This document shows, piece after piece, positions 19,501-28,551 of a stretch of 64,000 bases of DNA. Below the pieces are notes generated by a model, which was given only the letters and a program-made list of their open reading frames with translations, was not told where the DNA came from and searched no databases. This DNA comes from a virus (lineage: Duplodnaviria; Heunggongvirae; Uroviricota; Caudoviricetes): the IMG/VR virus record IMGVR_UViG_3300012573_000004; one strand, written 5' to 3'. Numbering within the stretch: the first letter of the stretch is position 1; every line of letters begins with the position of its first letter. The translations under genes were made by a program, and so were the position numbers.

Positions 19501-19983
19501 ATGGAGTTTTTTACTACCCCCTCTTGGTCAACATTGAGTGGAATATTTGTTCTATCACTCATTCTTTTTGGAGCTTTCATTGCCATTATCTACGATCAGC
19601 AAGGTGAAGAAAATCATAGAAATGTAAGAATCATCACTGTTATCTATGCAGCCTTGCAAATTGCACTCAAAGTATTCCTCGTCATTGGAATATTCAAAAT
19701 AACAGGTGGAACAGCACAAGCAGGATGGGGGCTTTTCATTGGATATATCCTTGTTCTCGTTGTTGACATCCCCACTATTGCCCTAGCATCTATTAAACGT
19801 CTTTCTCGTGGCTATGAAATATTACAAGATAGCCTGCTTGAAGATGAAGGTGAGTCAGAGGATGAAAACAAAGATGAAGACAAGGATGAAGATGAGGATG
19901 AGTCAGAGGGTGATATTAGAAAGGATGAAGATAAAGATGAAGATGAGGATGACATTGACAAGGATGATGATTCAACCAAATAG
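19501..19983 (+). CDS. Membrane protein (three or four TM helices) with an acidic E/D/K-rich C-terminal tail
   Basis: ORF with hydrophobic segments followed by EDEGESEDENKDEDKDEDEDESEG. Confidence 0.55.
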   Translation: MEFFTTPSWSTLSGIFVLSLILFGAFIAIIYDQQGEENHRNVRIITVIYAALQIALKVFLVIGIFKITGGTAQAGWGLFIGYILVLVVDIPTIALASIKRLSRGYEILQDSLLEDEGESEDENKDEDKDEDEDESEGDIRKDEDKDEDEDDIDKDDDSTK

Positions 19984-20049
19984 ATCTTATCATTCCCACT
20001 TTCACAGCAGGGAATGACTTATACCTTCATCCACATTATGCAGTTAAAT

Positions 20050-20445
20050 CTAGCACTTTAAATGAATCTCTTTGGCAAAAGCACAAGAGACATCCTTGCA
20101 CACAGCATCAACCATAGATCTTTGCACATTTTCCAAATATGACTCATCATCTTCCAATGGAAGCAAAGGGAAATCACGGTTGTATAAGTTCTGCTCAAAA
20201 ATATCAAATCCAATATCTTCTACTACAAACTTAACTGCATCTATTAACTCTTTTGAGATTTCTTGGACAGTTGCACCATATCCAAAGATATCCTCGCATA
20301 AAACATCTTTGATAGCATCCTGGATATCTTTGAAATCCTCTTCATTGATATTGATTCTCATATAGCTTCTAAGGCTATCATCAACAATATCAATGCATAA
20401 CTTCTTGTACATATCCAGATGGGTTTTCACCGCTGTCATTTTCAT
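20050..20445 (-). CDS. Hypothetical acidic protein
   Basis: 131-aa ORF. Confidence 0.5.
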   Translation of the reverse strand: MKMTAVKTHLDMYKKLCIDIVDDSLRSYMRININEEDFKDIQDAIKDVLCEDIFGYGATVQEISKELIDAVKFVVEDIGFDIFEQNLYNRDFPLLPLEDDESYLENVQRSMVDAVCKDVSCAFAKEIHLKC

Positions 20446-20591
20446 TCTCCTTGTTGCAAATCATATCCTTAACAAGGAGGATACAAGAGTATATGGAACA
20501 CAGACATAGCAACACACCTATATGTGATAGAAAAAAACTACCCTGTATAAAATGTTACACAGGGTAGTAAAAGACTGATTAAATATCAGTT

Positions 20592-21695
20592 TTATTCTTC
20601 TTCATCATCACGCTGAGCTTGCACAACAGCTTCTAGAGAGCGAACAATGGTAACAGTAGAATCCTTGGTATAAGGACTTGGTTTCAAGAAAGGATACTCT
20701 GGAATATCAATATCCTGTGTAGCAAAAACCTTGATATCACCTTCATCATCTTCTTCCATAATGAAAGATGCAATAGTGTCAAGGAAATCACCAATTTGAT
20801 CCTTAGCACTTTCAGAAGAAAGACCTTCCACCCAATTGTGAGAAACCTTCCATACAGCAACCATGTTTGTAGGAGATGAATCATCTTCATCAATGTCAAG
20901 ATCAGCGTTGCAAGCAACTACAACATGACCTGGAATAATACCTTCAATAGCACTTAAAACCATTGCGTTATCCACTGCAAGATATCTTCCTTCACCAGTT
21001 CTTGCTATCTGAATATCTCCACTTGTACCAGGAGAGTTATCATCATAGATATCCATTCTATATGCAGAAGACATCATTGCTAGACCTTCATATTCAGCTT
21101 CTTCCAAATAAGAAGTATCAGGAATGAAGAAAAGAGCATACACATCACTTTCATGAGGAATCATCCTAGGGAGAATACTCATTGTTTCAGTATCTACAAT
21201 TGTAGAAAGAGCATCATCTACCTCATCTTTATGAGCTTTCTCATCTGGCTTCTCATCCATGAGTGAATCAAACTCATCCTGATTGAATACTGCAGTAGTA
21301 GAAATCCTTCCCAAGAAATCTACTGCACGTTCACGGTTTAAGATATAACTTTCTTCTTCTACAGAATCAATGATGTCTTCAATCTCTTGCTCTTGGTTTT
21401 CATCTTTGTTCTTTTCATCTTCTAAAAGGTCTACTTCAAAAGGTGGAAGAGAAAATCCATAGTCATCCAACACTTGTTTCATTTCTGAAAGTTGCTCTTG
21501 TGAAGAACAATGAATGAAACATAGATCTTTGTTTTCTACATCTGATACATCAGCTTCCTCTTCAGAAAGGTAGACTCTAGCACTTCGTGACACCACTGCT
21601 AGCGGTGTGAGAACCTTTACATTGGTAAAGTTGGTTGTTTCCAAAAACTTCTCCATAGTGGATAGAGGAGATTGCACTGCAATAATATAAGACAT
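20592..21695 (-). CDS. Hypothetical acidic protein
   Basis: ORF. Start at MSYIIAVQSP (the upstream part begins with TTG). Confidence 0.5.
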   Translation of the reverse strand: MSYIIAVQSPLSTMEKFLETTNFTNVKVLTPLAVVSRSARVYLSEEEADVSDVENKDLCFIHCSSQEQLSEMKQVLDDYGFSLPPFEVDLLEDEKNKDENQEQEIEDIIDSVEEESYILNRERAVDFLGRISTTAVFNQDEFDSLMDEKPDEKAHKDEVDDALSTIVDTETMSILPRMIPHESDVYALFFIPDTSYLEEAEYEGLAMMSSAYRMDIYDDNSPGTSGDIQIARTGEGRYLAVDNAMVLSAIEGIIPGHVVVACNADLDIDEDDSSPTNMVAVWKVSHNWVEGLSSESAKDQIGDFLDTIASFIMEEDDEGDIKVFATQDIDIPEYPFLKPSPYTKDSTVTIVRSLEAVVQAQRDDEEE

Positions 21696-21793
21696 AAAAA
21701 ATTTCTCTTTCTTTCTCAAAAAGCCTATTGTATTTTTATGCTATCATGCTACAGTTATATAAAGCAAGGAAAACAAAACAACAAGGAGAAAAA

Positions 21794-21985
21794 ATGATTA
21801 TTTACACTTCAATCCACAACCACAAAAGAGCGGAAAAGCAGCAGGAAATGCGCAGAAGCAATGCTGCAGGTGTTCATAGCTGTACTGTGTCTCGAAGTGC
21901 AGCTGCACATTCTGACATCTATGACAACCTGGAATCTTTTGGGCTATCCAGTGCTGATGATGCACTAAACCTAGAAAACTGGTGA
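21794..21985 (+). CDS. Small hypothetical protein
   Basis: Strong SD aacaaggagaaaaaATG (MIIYTSIHNHK...). Confidence 0.35.
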   Translation: MIIYTSIHNHKRAEKQQEMRRSNAAGVHSCTVSRSAAAHSDIYDNLESFGLSSADDALNLENW

Positions 21986-22311
21986 TTTATATGATAAAGA
22001 TTTTTGTTGATGACATGAGAGTACCCTTATCCGAAGATTGGGTTTTAGCTTCCACTGTTAAAGAAGCACAAGATCTCATCAAGCAAGGAGGAGATTTTGT
22101 ACTCTCCCTAGATCATGATCTAGGTCAAAGAGAGGGAGATGAGGATAACACACGTTCATTGCTTTTATGGTGTATAGACAATGGATATACACCACAAGCT
22201 GCAGCAGTGCATTCTTCCAACCCCGTTGGTGCTCAATGGCTGAGAGAATGCCTTCTCTATGATTTTCCAGAACCCATTCCTCGTATCACACCTCCATCAT
22301 GGTCTATTTAA
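21982..22311 (+). CDS. cREC-like (cyclic-phosphate-processing receiver-like) domain protein
   Basis: IKIFVDDMRVPLSEDW...VLSLDHDLG matches the hallmark 'ilflDD.R.P ... iSLDHDLG' of standalone phage cREC/REC-like domains. Confidence 0.45.
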   Translation: MIYMIKIFVDDMRVPLSEDWVLASTVKEAQDLIKQGGDFVLSLDHDLGQREGDEDNTRSLLLWCIDNGYTPQAAAVHSSNPVGAQWLRECLLYDFPEPIPRITPPSWSI

Positions 22312-22355
22312 AAAAACTCCCTTCTTATCTTTTAAGAGGGGAGTTTTTCCATCTA

Positions 22356-24593
22356 CTAGGAAAGAGGGTGAACAACCTTCCTTCCAAACATCTGATCTTC
22401 AATCATAGGAGTCAATGTCTCTGCAAAGAGATTAGTAATGTGATGACTATCACGGTACACTACAACATTTCCCACAATGGGATTAACCCACCCATTAGTA
22501 ATAATAGAGTTATTAATATCCATCAAGGTAACCCCAGGAATACCCCTATATGCTTCCAGGGAAGGATCTGTATCATTTAAAAGACCTTGTGAAGAAAATC
22601 CACATTCACTTGAGATATCTTTTCCATCTATCCTAGCCTTGCTGACACAAATGCGCATATCATCATATTTACCATCTTCAGTGGTAGACCATGCAACATC
22701 CCTCATAAGATAAATAGGAATATTCTTATCAGCAAACTTGCGCATAGATTCTACATACTTTTCTGGAACGATCTCTGGTCCTACACCTGTAGCAGTGCTA
22801 GGTCTAGTAGAAGTATGGAAGATACCTTCTGTAGGAGGATTGTTAAGAACATAATCTACAACTTTATCAGAGAAGTCTTTACATCCAGGATAATCTGAAT
22901 TATCCCACTTCTTATCTAGATAAAGAGCACAACCCATCTTAATCAAGGGTATAAGCTTTATACCTCTACGCTTAGCAATATCATCTAAAGCTGGAAGATA
23001 CATTTCAGAATGAGAGCCACCTAGAATATACATTGTCTTATCAGAAGAGGTATCTCCATACTCACAAGGAGTGCCATCCTTTTTGTTAAACACAATGTCA
23101 TTATTTTTGAAATCAGAAAAACAGACATCTTTCTGACTTTGTGGATACATATTATCCACTCCTTCATCAGGATTGGGCATGATATCTACACCATCAGGAA
23201 CAATCTTATTTTCTGTTACAGCCCTAGCTCCAGGATAAGCAACATCTTTGCCACCATTAGCAGCAATAGCATGTTCTACCTGAATCTTTTTAAGATGTTC
23301 CACCCCTGCATAAATGCCAGGAGAAGTAGCAACAGTAGCAATCATTACCACAATACATGTTGCAGCAGAACGCATTGCCACAGAAGGAGATCTACGATGC
23401 TTCCTCTTAGCTTTTCCTGACAACATCTCTTTGAGCGTTGCTCTTTTAGGCTTTTTCTTTTGCCTTAGAGGTTGTTCTACATAAACATGAGTAACCCATG
23501 CAAGAATGCTAGATACACCAATAACCACAATCCCTTGCAGTGGATCAAACTGTGGTCTAGAAGTAATATGTGCAGCTACAATAAGAACCATCCAGTGCCA
23601 CAGATACAAGCTATAAGAGATTTTTCCTAGCCACAACATAAAAGGTGTTTCAAAAATAAGCACTGGACCCATAGTTGCCCATGATTTCTCTTCAGCTTGA
23701 TTATGATTTCCAGAAAAGATAATCAGCATAGCACCAATCAAGGGAACCAAAGTCAAAGGACCAGGGAACTGTTCTACACCATTGAGAACAATGCCTGCTC
23801 CCACAATGAGCACTACTCCTACTAGTGTAGACACCCACCTTAAAAGAGGAGAGAAAACTACTTTATCTAGTACAAATAGACCAATGAGACCACCTAAAGC
23901 AATCTCCCAGAATCTAGAAAAAGTAGAGTAATAGTTTTCCACCTGATTGTGGTTGCCTAACCATATAGCATAAACAAAAGAGGAAGCGGCTAGAATGCCA
24001 ACTACTGTTGCAACAAGGTTCTTAGCATTTTTTCCTGTCTTTTTACACAGTGAAACACATATCACAATAAGAGCAATGAGAAGTGCATAGATCTGAACCT
24101 GAACTGACATTGACCATAGATGCTGGAAGACATCAGCATCACTGCTAGCCCGTGCATAAGAATCACCATCTTGAATAAAAATCCAGTTAATACAATACAG
24201 TGCTGCAGCAGAAGCATGCCTTAGCATATCCTCCCACTGTGCAGGAGGAATAACCATAAGAGACAAGACAACTCCTGTGGCAATCATCACAATCAAAGCA
24301 GGATACAACCTACGCAAGATCCTTAACATAGATTGTGTATAAGAAAGACCATCTTCTTTTTGCGCATTGCGTAGCTGAGAAGAAATCAGCAAAAGACCAC
24401 CAATAAACAAAAAGATATCCACACCAGAAGATACCCTGCCAATAAAGACATGGAAAATAACCACTAGAGCTAGAGCAAAACCTCTAAGACCATCAATGTG
24501 ATGATAATAGCGCCGAGTGGAAGTAGAACTACTAGCCCTGTGACTTCCCCCTTTTCTAGGAACTAGTGTTTTAGGTGTCATCATTGTAGTCAC
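22356..24593 (-). CDS. Acyltransferase family 3 (OafA/YrhL-like) membrane O-acyltransferase fused to a C-terminal SGNH hydrolase domain
   Basis: Hallmark HIDGLRGFALALVVIFHVF. About 10 TM helices. Large C-terminal extracytoplasmic domain. Confidence 0.85.
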   Translation of the reverse strand: MTTMMTPKTLVPRKGGSHRASSSTSTRRYYHHIDGLRGFALALVVIFHVFIGRVSSGVDIFLFIGGLLLISSQLRNAQKEDGLSYTQSMLRILRRLYPALIVMIATGVVLSLMVIPPAQWEDMLRHASAAALYCINWIFIQDGDSYARASSDADVFQHLWSMSVQVQIYALLIALIVICVSLCKKTGKNAKNLVATVVGILAASSFVYAIWLGNHNQVENYYSTFSRFWEIALGGLIGLFVLDKVVFSPLLRWVSTLVGVVLIVGAGIVLNGVEQFPGPLTLVPLIGAMLIIFSGNHNQAEEKSWATMGPVLIFETPFMLWLGKISYSLYLWHWMVLIVAAHITSRPQFDPLQGIVVIGVSSILAWVTHVYVEQPLRQKKKPKRATLKEMLSGKAKRKHRRSPSVAMRSAATCIVVMIATVATSPGIYAGVEHLKKIQVEHAIAANGGKDVAYPGARAVTENKIVPDGVDIMPNPDEGVDNMYPQSQKDVCFSDFKNNDIVFNKKDGTPCEYGDTSSDKTMYILGGSHSEMYLPALDDIAKRRGIKLIPLIKMGCALYLDKKWDNSDYPGCKDFSDKVVDYVLNNPPTEGIFHTSTRPSTATGVGPEIVPEKYVESMRKFADKNIPIYLMRDVAWSTTEDGKYDDMRICVSKARIDGKDISSECGFSSQGLLNDTDPSLEAYRGIPGVTLMDINNSIITNGWVNPIVGNVVVYRDSHHITNLFAETLTPMIEDQMFGRKVVHPLS

Positions 24594-24750
24594 AGTATCA
24601 AGTCACTTCCTTGCATATCTTTTTTATTGGTGTGGTTTATTATTAAAAGATAATATTTTTAACTCTCATTGTATATCAGTATTGTTTAATATCCAACTTT
24701 TTGCAGTTATAGCACTCTTTTGTGGCATTCCATTGAAAAAACAATGATGC

Positions 24751-25128
24751 CTATATCTCTTTGTAATCAATAATGTTTAATGGCCTGCTATAGGGTTCAG
24801 CCCCTGTACCTGTTACTGTAAACTCATACAAAGAGCCTTCTTCAATGTGAGAGAAAATATCATCAGGGTCAGTGCTCAAATACCGCAAAGAAGGCTTAAC
24901 AACCAATGTTCCACATTCTAAAGTGTCAACTTTATATTGCTTTTCATCTTCCTTCCCTTCACCTGAATAGGAAGCTATCTCTTTGCCTGCAACAGTACAG
25001 GGAATGGTGTTTTTATGGCTAGAGTGATAAACCCACAAAGAAAATACCAAAATAGATACAGCACATATAGCTAAAACTGCTAATGCAATCAAGCTGATTG
25101 TATAACTTTTCTTTGTGTTCATCATCAC
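24751..25128 (-). CDS. N-terminally membrane-anchored small protein
   Basis: TM segment ISLIALAVLAICAVSILVFSLWV. Confidence 0.5.
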   Translation of the reverse strand: MMMNTKKSYTISLIALAVLAICAVSILVFSLWVYHSSHKNTIPCTVAGKEIASYSGEGKEDEKQYKVDTLECGTLVVKPSLRYLSTDPDDIFSHIEEGSLYEFTVTGTGAEPYSRPLNIIDYKEI

Positions 25129-25274
25129 TCTTTCTCTCTATGATTTTTTCATCCTTGCAAAAGATAAAAATACCACAAAAATAGCACTAATCTAAATCAA
25201 TCATCTGTGATTTTTAAAATGATATAGTTTTCCAAAGTGCCATTAAACAAATCTTTTCAAGAGGAAACCAATCC

Positions 25275-25946
25275 ATGACAATAACGTTTCTTATTGCTCA
25301 AATCCTAGGATTTTGCGCTGCTGGTGCAGCATGTATGCAACACCCATCTCATGTGATTTACCTTTGGGGACATAGAAAAGATGTTTCTATTCTTAAAGGT
25401 TTATCTCTGTTATCTATCCTTTTTACTACTGCAAACTCTATTGCATGGGGTGTATATGGATTAATGTACAAAGCTTACCCCACAGCACTTATTTCAGTAT
25501 CAGGAACCATTGTCATGGCTATCACAGTAGGAATCCTAGTTAAAGCGCGCATGTGGAAGATTCCTGCACTGATAGGATATATACTTTTTATCTTGCTGTT
25601 GATATTTTTGTCCCTTATAGCACCACAAGATCAACTAGGTTTTTGGGGAAATATGATTTCTATTGAAATGTGGATTCCAGCTGCATTAAAAGTTGTCAAA
25701 GTCAGAAACACACCAGCAGCTTTATCTTATCCTCCTGTAACATCCTGGACAATCATCATCACCAATATTCTATGGATATCCTATGGTGTTCTTTTGCAAG
25801 ATATATGGCTATGGCTTTCTGCACCTTTTTCCATCACGTGTGCTCTCATGATGCTATGGGCATATCACAGCACAAAGAAACACCTTGATGGTCATGCAAC
25901 CCATATCATAGAAGAAGATCACTCTTTAACTTCTGAGAACTCATAA
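25275..25946 (+). CDS. Integral membrane protein (multi-TM)
   Basis: ORF with six or seven hydrophobic segments. Confidence 0.55.
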   Translation: MTITFLIAQILGFCAAGAACMQHPSHVIYLWGHRKDVSILKGLSLLSILFTTANSIAWGVYGLMYKAYPTALISVSGTIVMAITVGILVKARMWKIPALIGYILFILLLIFLSLIAPQDQLGFWGNMISIEMWIPAALKVVKVRNTPAALSYPPVTSWTIIITNILWISYGVLLQDIWLWLSAPFSITCALMMLWAYHSTKKHLDGHATHIIEEDHSLTSENS

Positions 25947-26368
25947 GTCCTATCAGGATCGCTGTCTGGTTGAATCTTTCCTCTAGGGCGCACTTTAAAA
26001 TCATAAGTATGTCCAGGTTTAATAGAGTCGTCTATAACTCTACTATGCAACTCCTCAATACTTACTCTAGCTTCAATATCATGATCGCAGTTATCATCTT
26101 GCTTGGTGTCAATGAGATATATACCTCCAGAATATGATGAGTTATATTGCCCATTTCCAATCAATCTTTTTAGCTTCACTGCATCAGGAGAATCTTCTAC
26201 AGTACAAGTCTTCACTATTTCCTCTGGCTCTACTTGTTCAGCAATATTTTTAGACAAAGAGTTTTCCCCTGAAAACATTCCAGAAGCAACAGCAGTACTT
26301 ACTATCACAACCACTACTGCAAAAAAGAAAAAAGCTACTTTCTTCTTGCTTAGCTTGTTGTTTTCCAT
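25919..26368 (-). CDS. Secreted or anchored small protein
   Basis: N-terminal TM/signal segment VAFFFFAVVVVIVSTAVASG. Confidence 0.5.
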   Translation of the reverse strand: MENNKLSKKKVAFFFFAVVVVIVSTAVASGMFSGENSLSKNIAEQVEPEEIVKTCTVEDSPDAVKLKRLIGNGQYNSSYSGGIYLIDTKQDDNCDHDIEARVSIEELHSRVIDDSIKPGHTYDFKVRPRGKIQPDSDPDRTYEFSEVKE

Positions 26369-26641
26369 ATTGATTTCATGTCCCCTTTATGAGTTGATTA
26401 TTCCTTAAAAATGTGGTTTATATTTTATTTCCTTTTACAGTATAATCACCCAACGCTTTTTCCCATAATCCCACACCTTATCCAACTCATTAAGCTCAGC
26501 AAGTTGAGATTCAGTAAGACCATCTATATATTTTAAAGCAGGATCTTGTTGGAATCTGGAAATCCTATAGTTAAACTTATGCTTTCTTTCCATTCCAACT
26601 TTGTAGTAGTAATCAGGATGAAGATCACCATCAAATATGAA

Positions 26642-28036
26642 CTACCAACTCACTAAAGCTGAGTTGGTTTCCTGCTTCTTAGAGGATACAGTCCCCTGCA
26701 TTGCTGCAGGTTTCTGTAGGTCTACAACCCTCTCACTATGCTCATAGAAAACATAGTCCAATTGGTCCAAATAAGAGTTTTGTCCAATCAGCACAGGCGT
26801 TAATTCCCTATGTTCCATAGGTATATTATGTTCTGATAAACCAAAATCTATCATGTTTTTAGCTGCATGAATATCACGATCTTCTGTAGCACCACAGTAT
26901 TTACATACATATTCTCTTTCTTTCAAAGAGTGTTTAGTGTTTTTATCACATGAAGAACACCATTGTGTAGTAGGAGACCACTTATCCACCATAAAAGCTC
27001 TTGGATGAGCTTTCAAAAGAGATTTAACTCTACCTAGAACACTGTGATGGAGTTTTCTTCCAAAGCGCATCTTCCATGCACTCAAACTTTCATCTTGAAA
27101 GAAGACATACTCATTTTTCATCAAAAGAGAAACTATTTGTTTAGCAAGATTATCTTTCTTGTTATTAAGTTTGTCATATTCCCTGTTTAGTTTCTCCTTT
27201 GTAATGAAGTAGTTATGAGAAAGTGGAATATAAGACAAACCTTCTTGATTCTTTCTCTTTTTTGCTTGTCTATATTGTCTATCTAGTTTCCTTTGTAGTC
27301 TTTTTACCCTTTGTGGCACTTCAATAGTAGTACTTATCTTCTCACCAGTTGATAGGGTTATGTGAGTTGCAATTCCCATATCAATCCCAATAGCAGTATT
27401 AGGAATGAAATCATCTACATCTACTTGTGAGGTATAAGCTGTTATTTTAATGAAGAACCCTGATGCTTTTTTAATGAGTTTAGCATTAGCTAACTCAGCA
27501 TCTTGAGGTATTTGATGCAGTCCATAAACTTTAAAACTTCCAGGTATCTTTTGAATACTTGCTTTCTTTTCTAGAAAGTTTATTTTATAGGTAGTTTTGT
27601 ATTGCTTGAGATCAATACTTTGAACCTTGCGTGCAAATTTCAAACTTCCTACTTTATGTCCCTTTTCTTTGAGTGCTTTCAAAGAAGACAAGTTTCTAGA
27701 GATGGAAGAAACAATAGACTGTTTCAACTGAGAACCTAGATAACAAATCTTCCTATCTTCCATTTTTCCTTCCCTGTTCATCACAGGTACTGTTTTTCCA
27801 GGAATATAAGAAGTTGGTTTATCAGTGTTAAGAGCAGCATTGTATATCCATTTTGCTTCAAGAAACACCTTATCTAGCGCTTCTTTTTGCTGGAGGTTGA
27901 GTTTATCCATATCAACTTTTAGCTCATAAACTTTACATGTTTGTTGAGATCTACGCTTGCGAGTTTCTTGTCTTGTTCTCGCTATTTGTGCATTTTTCTC
28001 ATTTGCATAAACTTTCTTATTTACTATAGCTGACAT
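26642..28036 (-). CDS. tnpB: TnpB (IS605 OrfB) RuvC-like nuclease
   Basis: RuvC-I IGIDMGIATHITLSTGEK. Zinc finger CSSCDKNTKH...CKYCG. RuvC-III DRDIHAAKNMI. SD agaggtgaataataccATG. Confidence 0.8.
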   Translation of the reverse strand: MSAIVNKKVYANEKNAQIARTRQETRKRRSQQTCKVYELKVDMDKLNLQQKEALDKVFLEAKWIYNAALNTDKPTSYIPGKTVPVMNREGKMEDRKICYLGSQLKQSIVSSISRNLSSLKALKEKGHKVGSLKFARKVQSIDLKQYKTTYKINFLEKKASIQKIPGSFKVYGLHQIPQDAELANAKLIKKASGFFIKITAYTSQVDVDDFIPNTAIGIDMGIATHITLSTGEKISTTIEVPQRVKRLQRKLDRQYRQAKKRKNQEGLSYIPLSHNYFITKEKLNREYDKLNNKKDNLAKQIVSLLMKNEYVFFQDESLSAWKMRFGRKLHHSVLGRVKSLLKAHPRAFMVDKWSPTTQWCSSCDKNTKHSLKEREYVCKYCGATEDRDIHAAKNMIDFGLSEHNIPMEHRELTPVLIGQNSYLDQLDYVFYEHSERVVDLQKPAAMQGTVSSKKQETNSALVSW

Positions 28037-28114
28037 GGTATTATTCACCTCTTTTCTGATATTTTGCTATGCTCTTACTTAAAGAGTATAGCACATAAGA
28101 AAGTGATAAGTAGA

Positions 28115-28528
28115 ATGCACAAGGAATATAAATCTCTTAATAGAAACACCACAAGAATCAGGTATCATATTGAGTTGTCATTTAGATATGGATATAAAGT
28201 TGCACAAAGCATAGGAGATGACAATGTGAAAAGCATTATCAACTCAGCCGTAAGTCATTGTGAAGGTGTGAAACTTTTATCAGTGGGAATAGATAAAAAT
28301 CATGTCCATATGGTTATAGATTCACCTCCTTATTGGAGTGTTACTCAATTAGTAGATAGAATAAAACAACTTTCTACTCACAGAGCATGGATGAAGTATT
28401 TTCCTATTGTGAAACAGTTTTGTGGGAAGAAAAAAGTTTTATTTTCTGATGGATATTTTTGTGAATCTATTGGAAATGTTGAAGAAAATGTAGTAATAGA
28501 TTATGTTAAAAATCAAGGGAAGAAATAA
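28115..28528 (+). CDS. tnpA: IS200/IS605 Y1 (HuH) transposase TnpA
   Basis: HuH motif HVHMVI. Catalytic Tyr region SDGYFCESIG. Length 138 aa. Confidence 0.75.
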   Translation: MHKEYKSLNRNTTRIRYHIELSFRYGYKVAQSIGDDNVKSIINSAVSHCEGVKLLSVGIDKNHVHMVIDSPPYWSVTQLVDRIKQLSTHRAWMKYFPIVKQFCGKKKVLFSDGYFCESIGNVEENVVIDYVKNQGKK

Positions 28529-28551
28529 TCAACCACATTCACCCCACCAGC

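Larger units (their letters stand above)
26600..28545. mobile_element. IS200/IS605-family insertion sequence (divergent tnpB and Y1 tnpA); ends approximate
   Basis: Adjacent TnpB and HuH Y1 transposase genes. Confidence 0.6.
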
